Source of the DNA: Minisyncoccota bacterium
Lineage (GTDB): Bacteria > Patescibacteriota > Minisyncoccia > Phycocordibacterales > UBA918
Assembly: GCA_021734905.1 (NCBI GenBank)
Contig: JAIPIB010000006.1
Coordinates: 8,851 to 32,850, forward strand
Reading direction: 5' to 3'
DNA: 24,000 bases
Each line of letters starts with the position of its first letter. Position 1 is the stretch's first letter. Below are positions 1 through 6,728 of the stretch, piece by piece. The notes under the pieces are model-generated. The model had not been told where the DNA came from. It did no database searches and saw only the letters and a program-made list of their open reading frames with translations. The translations under genes and the position numbers were made by a program.

Positions 1-109
1 CAAACCGTAAGAGCGTAAAAAATCCATATGGCAATCCGTCAATCAGAGCCACAAACAAAAAGAGGGCGGCGATACAAACTATTATGTTTTTCTTTTTATT
101 TAATTCCAT
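1..109 (-). CDS. hypothetical small membrane protein, 5' part only (gene runs off the window start)
   Basis: ATG at 109-107 (minus) opens a frame that stays open to position 1 (MELNKKKNIIVCIAALFLFVALIDGLPYGFFTLLRF...). It contains a hydrophobic helix. It starts 6 nt after the stop of the 116-1075 gene on the same strand, which is operon-like. Confidence 0.35.
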   Translation of the reverse strand, partial: MELNKKKNIIVCIAALFLFVALIDGLPYGFFTLLRF

Positions 110-115
110 TTTTTA

Positions 116-1075
116 TTAGGCATTTTTCCCATTATTCTCTGCTTGTTGTTGTGCGTATTTCATTATACTTGCTTCGTAAAACTTTTTACTAATTCTCTTC
201 ATCTGGATTTTATTTCCGACAAACCAAAAGACAAAAGAAATAATTGCGTTTGATATCACAGCACCGAACTCCAAACTAACGAGATTTATGACACCGAGAA
301 TTAGAAAAATGAATGAAGCACCATACAAAAATCTTACCGCCCAATTACTTTTCTTTTGGTCGTCTATTTCGGCAAAAACTGCTAATTGTTCGTTGCTCAT
401 CTCATCAGGATTAAGACCGATTGATTTTACCCAAGTAGATGTATTTTTTGAAAGAATCGGTCGTTCTATAACTTTTTGTGTTTTGCCGAAAATTGCATTG
501 TAAGCGTCATCCATAGCTTTTTGCTTTTTTGTATGGCGTTTCATATAACCCTCAAAATCAAAACCTCGCCCGAAATCATCTTGTGGGTTTTCAAAAATCA
601 AAATGGAACTAGCAACATCTTTTATATCTTTTTCTTCTTTATTTCCTACACTCTTTTCAAAGATTGCATCCACTGTCATTTTGATTTTATGTTCGTCCCA
701 TCGTAGATTTGAAAAATAAATACGAGCAGTTTCTCTCAAAATCTCTTGATCGGATGTTTTCGGACGGAAAAGTTTTAATTGTTTGTAAATACCAAATATC
801 TTTTTCGCTTTTGCTTTTTCGCTTCCCATAAAATAACCAAATATCCATAGAACGGCGTAAATACCAAGAATCACCAAAACTATTGTTGGATTAACTTTCC
901 ATAAACTATAAAATCCACCAGCAAAAAGTATTAACCAAAGAAGATTTATAATGAGCACCGCAACAGTACTATTAAAAATCATTGGTCTTTCAAAAAAAGA
1001 TTTGCTTTGTGCGTTCGCACTCCATTGAAAAACAATGAAGCCAAGAACTGTTAAAATTATTCCGAGTATCAACAT
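116..1075 (-). CDS. hypothetical multi-pass membrane protein (N-terminal TM helices, ~150-aa charged soluble middle, C-terminal TM helices)
   Basis: 319-aa ORF with no competing long ORF. Clear hydrophobic segments at both ends. Tightly packed (3-nt gap) behind the 1079-1735 gene. No family recognised by eye. Confidence 0.6.
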   Translation of the reverse strand: MLILGIILTVLGFIVFQWSANAQSKSFFERPMIFNSTVAVLIINLLWLILFAGGFYSLWKVNPTIVLVILGIYAVLWIFGYFMGSEKAKAKKIFGIYKQLKLFRPKTSDQEILRETARIYFSNLRWDEHKIKMTVDAIFEKSVGNKEEKDIKDVASSILIFENPQDDFGRGFDFEGYMKRHTKKQKAMDDAYNAIFGKTQKVIERPILSKNTSTWVKSIGLNPDEMSNEQLAVFAEIDDQKKSNWAVRFLYGASFIFLILGVINLVSLEFGAVISNAIISFVFWFVGNKIQMKRISKKFYEASIMKYAQQQAENNGKNA

Positions 1076-1078
1076 AAT

Positions 1079-1735
1079 TTAATCATTAAAAGTGTTACCA
1101 GTGTCATAATGTGTGCTTTTTCCTCCCTCTGTTTTCCACCTGAACCAGTAACTATCACCATTATACATAGTCACATTTAGCCCGTTGCCATTCCATAAAA
1201 TACACAATAAGTCTTCGTGTTGCATAGCCGCACGGAGTATTCCGTCAACAGCTTTGCGATAAATCGTGCGTTGGGCATACCAAAGCAACGCAAGAGATAA
1301 AGTGAGTGCGGTGAGCCAACCTATCCCATTTATAAAACCCCACGCCAAACCGCCAAAAGTTAGCAAAATGAGTCCACTTCGTATTGGTCCAAGCATCATC
1401 GCTTGGCTTGGATGAAAAATAAAAAAACCAATTAACAGAAGTGGCAACGCCAAGAGCAAAAGCCAAGTTTTAGTTATCACAACATAAACAATCAAACCAA
1501 TGGGAACAATAAAAGTTAGAGAAGCCAAAAACAAAGCTTGAGCCCTTTGCCATTTGGAAGAATAAATACCATTTTGAATCCATTGAAGAGCAGCACTCCT
1601 ATCAACGCCGAGACTTGCAACTCCTTCCGATACTCGCTTTTTTAATTCATCAAAACTTGTGAACGGAAAATATTCCAGTTCTTCAACACGCTTTGGTTTT
1701 GGCTTTTGCTCTTTTTGTTCGTTATTATTTTCCAT
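1079..1735 (-). CDS. hypothetical membrane protein (charged N-terminus, ~4 TM helices, small C-terminal W/G/N-rich domain)
   Basis: 218-aa ORF beginning 2 nt after the stop of the XRE gene. Hydrophobic core region LFLASLTFIVPIGLIVYVV...LLLALPLLLIGFFIF. No family recognised. Confidence 0.6.
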   Translation of the reverse strand: MENNNEQKEQKPKPKRVEELEYFPFTSFDELKKRVSEGVASLGVDRSAALQWIQNGIYSSKWQRAQALFLASLTFIVPIGLIVYVVITKTWLLLLALPLLLIGFFIFHPSQAMMLGPIRSGLILLTFGGLAWGFINGIGWLTALTLSLALLWYAQRTIYRKAVDGILRAAMQHEDLLCILWNGNGLNVTMYNGDSYWFRWKTEGGKSTHYDTGNTFND

Positions 1736-1737
1736 AG

Positions 1738-1944
1738 TTATTTTATTAAATCATCAACGCTCACGCCAAAGGCTTTCGCAACCTTTTTAAGCGTGACTAA
1801 TGTTGGATTCTGGTTTTCACCAGATTCCATTTTAATAAGCGTGTTATTGGCGACATCTGCCAATCTCGCTAACTTCTCTTGCGAAAGCCCTTTGGCTTCT
1901 CGCAATTTCTTTATGTTGTTTGCTAAATTTTGGCTTGTTGACAT
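1738..1944 (-). CDS. XRE-family helix-turn-helix transcriptional regulator
   Basis: 68-aa protein. NIKKLREAKGLSQEKLARLADVANNTLIKMESGENQNPTLVTLKKVAKAFGVSVDDL is a textbook HTH_3/Cro-CI fold signature. Confidence 0.85.
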   Translation of the reverse strand: MSTSQNLANNIKKLREAKGLSQEKLARLADVANNTLIKMESGENQNPTLVTLKKVAKAFGVSVDDLIK

Positions 1945-1964
1945 ATAATCAATAAAAGATTAAC

Positions 1965-1970
1965 ATTATA
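1965..1970 (-). promoter_or_regulatory. possible -10 box for the XRE operon
   Basis: Perfect TATAAT on the minus strand about 20 nt upstream of the XRE ATG, with GTAACA 18 nt further upstream as a weak -35. Sequence match only. Confidence 0.25.
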
Positions 1971-2082
1971 GTGGAGTATCTATTAATCTGTTACTACTAT
2001 GATGTTACACCAAAATTTAAAACAAATCAATATGAGTGATTTTTTTGCGGTGGCGAATTTTCCGAAAACCCCCAGTCCGAAA

Positions 2083-2176
2083 CCCGCCCGCATTCCTCCC
2101 CAGACCCCTCCTGCGGGCGGGAAATCAGCCGAGGCAGGGCGAATCCATTCCCCCAGACAAATTGTTTCGCCCTGCC
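2083..2176. other. two tandem GC-clamped stem-loops with related C-rich loops (candidate structured RNA or protein-binding module)
   Basis: Stem-loop A: cccgcccgc (2083-2091) pairs with gcgggcggg (2113-2121), 21-nt loop. Stem-loop B: ggcagggcgaa (2133-2143) pairs with ttcgccctgcc (2166-2176), 22-nt loop. Both loops carry cattcc(t)ccccagac. The stems differ in sequence but keep perfect pairing. Confidence 0.45.
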
Positions 2177-2236
2177 GAGTCCGTTTTAATCATTTGGATT
2201 CTGCTCGAAATAGTTTCGAACTTTGTCCAGCAAACA

Positions 2237-2356
2237 CCGCCAAAATTCGGAATTCAAATTTCCGGCAAAAATATGGTCGGCGCGAAGCGCCATCTGTTCT
2301 GCATTCCCCCCACAAAATCCTGATTCTGCAAGGATTCGCCACGCTCCGCGTGGCTC
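2237..2356. repeat. left 120-bp inverted repeat (IR-L) flanking the serine recombinase gene
   Basis: The reverse complement of 2237-2356 equals 3758-3877 at 119/120 positions (single mismatch 2342 vs 3772), verified base by base. Identity stops abruptly at both ends. Confidence 0.95.
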
Positions 2357-2377
2357 GTCGTTTGCCAATACAAAAAT

Positions 2378-3910
2378 ATGAATAATCAAACCAAAAAGTT
2401 TTTCATATATACTCGCAAGTCTACGGACGACAAAGACAGACAAGTCCGCAGTATTGCTGACCAGTTGAGTGAGTTAAAAGAACTCGCCTTGAAAGAACAA
2501 CTAGAAGTGGTAGATGTCTTTGTCGAAAAGCAGACCGCCAAAATACCAGGTCGCCCTGTTTTTAACGAAATGATGTTGAGAATGGAAGCGGGCGAAGCGT
2601 CTGGTATTTTGGCGTGGCATCCCGATAGACTTGCTCGCAACTCGGTAGATGGAGGAAAGATTATCTACCTCGTTGATACTGGAGTAATTTCAGAAATGAA
2701 ATTCCCAACTTTTTGGTTTGATCCGACACCGCAAGGGAAATTCATGCTTTCAATCGCTTTTTCGCAATCCAAGTATTATGTGGACAATTTGTCGGAAAAT
2801 ATTAAGCGTGGTAAGCGAAATAAAGTGAAAGACGGAATATGGCCTCAAATGTCTCCACTCGGATATATAAACGAAGGTGGAAAAATTGTTGTTGATGAAA
2901 ATATTGCACCGTTAATCAAGAAAACATTTGAGACATATTCGTCTGGGTCTTTCACTTTGCGCCAACTCCGCGACAAATTTAACGAACTTGGATTGAAACG
3001 AAAAAGCGGAAAGGAACTTGCGGTGTCGAATTATCAAAAACTTCTCAAAAATCCTATTTACACTGGTCTAATGAGATATAACGGAGAGATTTTTGAGGGC
3101 AAGCACGAACCGATTATCACAAAGAAACTTTTTGATTCCGTTCAAGAAGTGATGATAAGGAAATCCAAACCTCACTCGAAAGGACTAAAACCATTTTTGT
3201 ATAGAGGATTTTTCCGTTGTGGAGAATGTGGGTGCTTCATTACCACAGAAACACAAAAAGGTCATAACTATTTGCGATGTACTAAACGGAAAAATCCTTG
3301 TACTCAAAAATATGTCCGTGAGGAGCTCATCACTTCTCAAATTCAAGAGGAAATCAAAAAAGTTTCTTTGCCTCTTGATTGGACGGAATGGATGATTGCC
3401 GAAAATGCAAAAGATCGGCAATCGGAAGTCCAATCGAGTACGCTTTTTGCGGATTCAACAAAAGCCGAGATTTCTCTTTTGGATTCCAAGATAGAGAAGC
3501 TGATGAGTGCCTATCTCGAAAGTGCGTTGTCACTTGAAGAATATCGCGAAGCTAAAAACAAGTTGGTCAATCAAAATCAGCTTCTCAAAGAGAAATTATC
3601 GGCTTTTGAGCAAAAAGCGAATAATCGGTTCGAACTTACAGAAAAGTTTTTGAAATACAATATGGAATTGGCAAACGACCGAACAAATGAGGAAAATACT
3701 CATTTGTTCAAAAAAGTCGGTTCGAACTTTCAAATTAAGGATCGAACCGTACTTTTTGAGCCACGCGGAGCATGGCGAATCCTTGCAGAATCAGGATTTT
3801 GTGGGGGGAATGCAGAACAGATGGCGCTTCGCGCCGACCATATTTTTGCCGGAAATTTGAATTCCGAATTTTGGCGGAGAGTGAGGGATTCGAACCCTCG
3901 GTCCCTTTAA
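2378..3910 (+). CDS. large serine recombinase (resolvase catalytic domain + recombinase domain + zinc ribbon + coiled coil)
   Basis: N-terminus FIYTRKSTDDKDRQVRSIADQ with the catalytic Ser and ...HPDRLARN. Zinc ribbon at FFRCGECGCF...YLRCTKRKNPC. Long heptad-like segment EISLLDSKIEKLMSAYLE...LLKEKL. The last ~40 codons are encoded by IR-R, and the final 11 codons run antisense into tRNA-Ser, so the true C-terminus is uncertain. Confidence 0.9.
   Translation: MNNQTKKFFIYTRKSTDDKDRQVRSIADQLSELKELALKEQLEVVDVFVEKQTAKIPGRPVFNEMMLRMEAGEASGILAWHPDRLARNSVDGGKIIYLVDTGVISEMKFPTFWFDPTPQGKFMLSIAFSQSKYYVDNLSENIKRGKRNKVKDGIWPQMSPLGYINEGGKIVVDENIAPLIKKTFETYSSGSFTLRQLRDKFNELGLKRKSGKELAVSNYQKLLKNPIYTGLMRYNGEIFEGKHEPIITKKLFDSVQEVMIRKSKPHSKGLKPFLYRGFFRCGECGCFITTETQKGHNYLRCTKRKNPCTQKYVREELITSQIQEEIKKVSLPLDWTEWMIAENAKDRQSEVQSSTLFADSTKAEISLLDSKIEKLMSAYLESALSLEEYREAKNKLVNQNQLLKEKLSAFEQKANNRFELTEKFLKYNMELANDRTNEENTHLFKKVGSNFQIKDRTVLFEPRGAWRILAESGFCGGNAEQMALRADHIFAGNLNSEFWRRVRDSNPRSL
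3758..3877. repeat. right 120-bp inverted repeat (IR-R)
   Basis: Reverse complement of IR-L (119/120). It overlaps the 3' end of the recombinase ORF. Its outer 6 nt (3872-3877) overlap the CCGCCA 3' terminus of tRNA-Ser. Confidence 0.95.
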
Positions 3911-3961
3911 GAGGACACCTCGTTAGCAGTGAGGCGCTTTCGACCACTCAGCCAACTCTCC
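3872..3961 (-). tRNA. tRNA-Ser (anticodon GCU), 90 nt, CCA encoded
   Basis: The minus strand reads GGAGAGT TG GCT GAGTGGTCGAA AGC G CCTCA CTGCTAA CGAGG TGTCCTCTTAAAGGGACC GAGGG TTCGAAT CCCTC ACTCTCC G CCA. It has a 7-bp acceptor stem, a long variable arm, a GTTCGAATC T-loop and a CU-GCU-AA anticodon loop. Its layout parallels E. coli tRNA-Ser(GCU). Confidence 0.9.
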
Positions 3962-3979
3962 ATTATTTAATTTTGTGGT

Positions 3980-4006
3980 GGCGGACGAAAGTACCTTTCG
4001 TCCGCC
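3980..4006. other. perfect 12-bp GC-rich stem-loop between tRNA-Ser and comF
   Basis: ggcggacgaaag (3980-3991) pairs with ctttcgtccgcc (3995-4006) around a 3-nt loop. There is no adjacent U-run on either strand, so it is not a canonical intrinsic terminator. Confidence 0.4.
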
Positions 4007-4111
4007 TATTGCCTCATAAATATCGACAATCCTGCTCACACTTGTTCGCAGACCAGATGAAAAGTGAAACAGTTCATTTTTTGTCCACTCAGTTACGTCT
4101 CCTGTATTCTA

Positions 4112-4168
4112 TTGCTCGCAATTGGACACGGATGTGTTCAATTGCGAGCAAGGATACCATATTTTTTT
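4112..4168. terminator. long stem-loop downstream of comF, possible bidirectional terminator
   Basis: ttgctcgcaattg (4112-4124) pairs with caattgcgagcaa (4139-4151), with extra acac/gtgt pairing in the loop. A T7 run lies at 4162-4168 on the plus strand, equivalent to an A-run preceding the hairpin on the minus strand. The geometry is imperfect for either strand. Confidence 0.3.
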
Positions 4169-4186
4169 AGGACTCGCATGCAGGAA

Positions 4187-4846
4187 TTAGTGTGCAAAAG
4201 CCACACAGGTTATTGAGGCAGGGGAGTGCGGCAAAAGCGAAGCTTTTGCCGCACTGAGCGTTGCTCCTGTGGTCACAACATCATCAACAAGAAGAATGTG
4301 TGCTCCAGTTACTTTTGAAGGTGAAGTCACGACAAACGCTTTCTCAAGATTCGTGAGACGTTTATCTCGAGGAAGATCTGTTTGTGGTTTTGTATTACGA
4401 GTCCGCTTTAGGATTCCTGTTTCAATTTCAACTTTTTTAGAAAGATTGCGGGCAAGGAGTACTTTATGGACTTGATTGTATCCTCGTGACCTCATTCGTG
4501 CATTTGAAAGTGGTATTGGAATTATGTAATCAAATGAACAAGTATTTTGTTTTAGGTACATATTAAAAAGAACATTGAGTAGAAGCCAAGCACGTGCGTT
4601 TGCGTGAAATTTTCCCTCATGAATAAGTGCGCGTACTTCTTTGGATTTGTAGTCACTGAGTGTATGCGTTGATTTTTTGCTCTGCAGATGATAAAGCAGT
4701 CGCACTTGTTTTGGAGTCATGTTTCGCACACAAAGGTTGTCTTCATCTGGCGGAAAAATAATATCAAAGATTCGTCTTAAAATATCAAACATGGTATCTA
4801 TGAATATAGTATCATTTGATGATAGAATACTTTGTAAATTGCACAT
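4187..4846 (-). CDS. comF: ComF-family protein (phosphoribosyltransferase-like competence protein)
   Basis: C-terminal PRTase motif HILLVDDVVTTGATLSAAKASL and an N-terminal IFDIIFPP...C region, as in ComFC/GntX. The real start is probably Met19 (ATG 4792-4790). The upstream 54 nt contain the likely pilM promoter, and the longest ORF abuts the pilM ATG. Confidence 0.8.
   Translation of the reverse strand: MCNLQSILSSNDTIFIDTMFDILRRIFDIIFPPDEDNLCVRNMTPKQVRLLYHLQSKKSTHTLSDYKSKEVRALIHEGKFHANARAWLLLNVLFNMYLKQNTCSFDYIIPIPLSNARMRSRGYNQVHKVLLARNLSKKVEIETGILKRTRNTKPQTDLPRDKRLTNLEKAFVVTSPSKVTGAHILLVDDVVTTGATLSAAKASLLPHSPASITCVAFAH
4820..4828 (+). promoter_or_regulatory. possible extended -10 promoter for pilM operon
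   Basis: TGATAGAAT (TGn + TAGAAT) lies 19 nt upstream of the pilM ATG in the comF/pilM divergent gap. Motif match only. Confidence 0.3.
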
Positions 4847-5944
4847 ATGGGATTTGATCTTTCATCATTGACGTCATTCTTAAAGACAAGCGTTGCGACT
4901 CCATCAAAAGATGATGCTGTTATTGGTATTGATATTGGATCGTCCACGATAAAGATTGTCCAACTAAAAAATGCAAAAGGAGTTCCAACGGTTGAGACCT
5001 ATGGTGAACTTCAATTAGGACCCTATGAAGGAGTTGATATTGGGCGAGCGACACATCTTCCCTCTAATAAACTAACTGAAGCGCTTATCGATATCTTGAG
5101 AGAGGCTGGGGCAAAAGGAAAGTTAGTTGCTTTTGCACTCTCGTACAACTCTAGTTTCTCTACAATAATCTCTATCCCTTCACTCGACCAAAAAAAGATT
5201 GGTGCTATTGTCCCCGTTGAGGCACGAAAATATATACCAATTTCTCTCACAAAAGTAACACTTGATTGGATGCCTCTTGAAGTTTCAAAGGAAGACAAGG
5301 TAACAAATGTTCTTATTACGGCGATATACAACGAAGCGTATTCACGTTATGAGTCCATTATGCTAGGTGGCAGTCTAGAGACGGTCGCGAGCGAGATTGA
5401 AACTTTTAGTTCAATTCGATCACTAGTTTCTCCTCAAGATGAGTGTGTTGCAATCATTGATTGGGGGGCGTCCTCTACTCGATTGTATATTATTGAAAAA
5501 GGTGTCGCCAGAAAAACACACAGTGTTCTCATGTCTGGATCTGAGTTAACGGGAATTCTTGAAAAGGAGCTCAAAATCGAATTTAAAGATGCAGAAGAAC
5601 TCAAACGATCTGTAGGGCTACGAGGGAAGGAAGAAGATCCTCGGATTGAAAAAGCAATTGCACGTTCTCTTGAGCGTGGGTTGCGTGAGTTACATACCGT
5701 TGTGGTGCGGTATGAAGAAACTGGTGGCGCTCCAGTACAGAAAGTAATTATGAGTGGAGGAGGAGCCCTTCTTCAGGGAGTAATGCCATACGTTTCAGAC
5801 ATGTTCTCGAAGCCAGTTGTTGTTGCTGACCCATTTCAAAAAGTTGCATATCCAGCGTTTCTTGAAGACACACTGAAGGAAGCTGGACCACCATTTGCGG
5901 TTGCTGTTGGTATCGCGCTTCGAGCATTTCAAACAATTCAGTAA
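4847..5944 (+). CDS. pilM: type IV pilus assembly protein PilM (actin-like ATPase fold)
   Basis: 365 aa. VIGIDIGSSTIKIVQLK phosphate-1 motif, later IIDWGASSTRLYII and MSGGGALLQG motifs typical of PilM/FtsA-like proteins. First gene of the pilus operon. Confidence 0.9.
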   Translation: MGFDLSSLTSFLKTSVATPSKDDAVIGIDIGSSTIKIVQLKNAKGVPTVETYGELQLGPYEGVDIGRATHLPSNKLTEALIDILREAGAKGKLVAFALSYNSSFSTIISIPSLDQKKIGAIVPVEARKYIPISLTKVTLDWMPLEVSKEDKVTNVLITAIYNEAYSRYESIMLGGSLETVASEIETFSSIRSLVSPQDECVAIIDWGASSTRLYIIEKGVARKTHSVLMSGSELTGILEKELKIEFKDAEELKRSVGLRGKEEDPRIEKAIARSLERGLRELHTVVVRYEETGGAPVQKVIMSGGGALLQGVMPYVSDMFSKPVVVADPFQKVAYPAFLEDTLKEAGPPFAVAVGIALRAFQTIQ

Positions 5945-6001
5945 CAGATGTCCACAGAAGTATTGTTTATGTGATGCATAAAGCGACGTATACTAGTTGT
6001 G

Positions 6002-6727
6002 ATGACATATATACCTCGTTCTCCACTCGGTTTTAAAGATACGTCTGGTGCAGTTCCTGCTCATGTGAAGAAGAAGCACACTTTTCGTATTTTTAATTTT
6101 ATTGCAGGCACACTTATTACCGTGTCTTTTGCAAGTGCAGTTGGGGTGTTTCTGTATACGTCACATGCGCAGACACAACTTGAAATGGCGAAATCAAATT
6201 TGCAAAAGGAAAGCATGAATGACAGCACGAAGAGTATTGAGGAAATTAGTCTTTTTGATCACAAGCTTAATGTGGCCCAGTATTTGCTTGATAATCATAT
6301 TGCACCATCGCTCCTATTTAGTGAGCTTGAAGGATCAACAAAGGAATCTGTTCAATATGATCAATTTAAATTTACTTATGATCCTGGATTCGATGCTGTC
6401 TTGACGCTTACGGGAAGCACACGAGATTTTTCTTCAGTAGCACTCCAGAAAATGCAGTTTAAAAGAGCGGGTGTTTTTCGAGAGTTTGTCGTAAAGGATA
6501 TTTCCGTTAAGAATGAAACTGGAGATGTAATTAATGGGATAGACCCTGATGCAGCAAAGCGAGCTGTTAGTTTTGGCATTACAGGATTGTTTGACACAAA
6601 ATATCTTGCGTACACAGGAGAGAGAATTTTCGTAAATGAAAAGCCGCAGGAGGAAGTTGTCGAAACCTCTCCTCTTGATTTGGAGCTACAGGGCACAGCG
6701 TCTACAAGTAATGAAGTGACTCAGTAA
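6002..6727 (+). CDS. PilN-like bitopic membrane protein (assignment by position and topology)
   Basis: Single N-terminal TM helix (FIAGTLITVSFASAVGVFLY) followed by a soluble domain. It lies immediately after pilM, as pilN usually does. GTG 5999 or ATG 6002 could be the start. Sequence similarity was not verifiable by eye. Confidence 0.55.
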   Translation: MTYIPRSPLGFKDTSGAVPAHVKKKHTFRIFNFIAGTLITVSFASAVGVFLYTSHAQTQLEMAKSNLQKESMNDSTKSIEEISLFDHKLNVAQYLLDNHIAPSLLFSELEGSTKESVQYDQFKFTYDPGFDAVLTLTGSTRDFSSVALQKMQFKRAGVFREFVVKDISVKNETGDVINGIDPDAAKRAVSFGITGLFDTKYLAYTGERIFVNEKPQEEVVETSPLDLELQGTASTSNEVTQ

Positions 6728-6728
6728 T

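Larger units (their letters stand above)
2237..3877 (+). mobile_element. candidate IR-bounded serine-recombinase unit (invertible segment or IS-like element), 1641 bp
   Basis: 120-bp terminal inverted repeats enclose a 1401-bp segment containing only the recombinase gene. The ORF ends inside the right repeat, as in many IS elements. The unit sits directly on a tRNA 3' end. Mobility or inversion is not demonstrable from one sequence. Confidence 0.45.

Noticed and set aside
2040-2360. Known housekeeping RNA (tRNA/pseudo-tRNA, tmRNA, RNase P RNA, SRP RNA) explaining the GC-rich structured region
   Set aside because: By eye there is no GGTTCGAATCC-type T-arm and no cloverleaf ending at the ccgcca at 2237-2242. 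There is also no RNase P P4-type GAGGAAAGTCC motif and no SRP domain IV motif. This is only a visual check; an Infernal/Rfam scan is still needed.
1999-2443. ORFs 1999-2385 (+), 2036-2323 (+) and 2186-2443 (-) as protein-coding genes
   Set aside because: They overlap one another in several frames across the GC-rich hairpin/repeat region. They translate to low-complexity P/R/A-rich strings. They are open simply because stop codons are rare in GC-rich sequence. The minus-strand ORF merely mirrors the recombinase tail encoded by the inverted repeat.
3735-4170. ORFs 3772-4170 (+) and 3735-3947 (-) as genes
   Set aside because: Both run across the inverted repeat, the tRNA-Ser gene and the palindromic spacer. 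They have no plausible protein features and are explained by the RNA gene and repeat.
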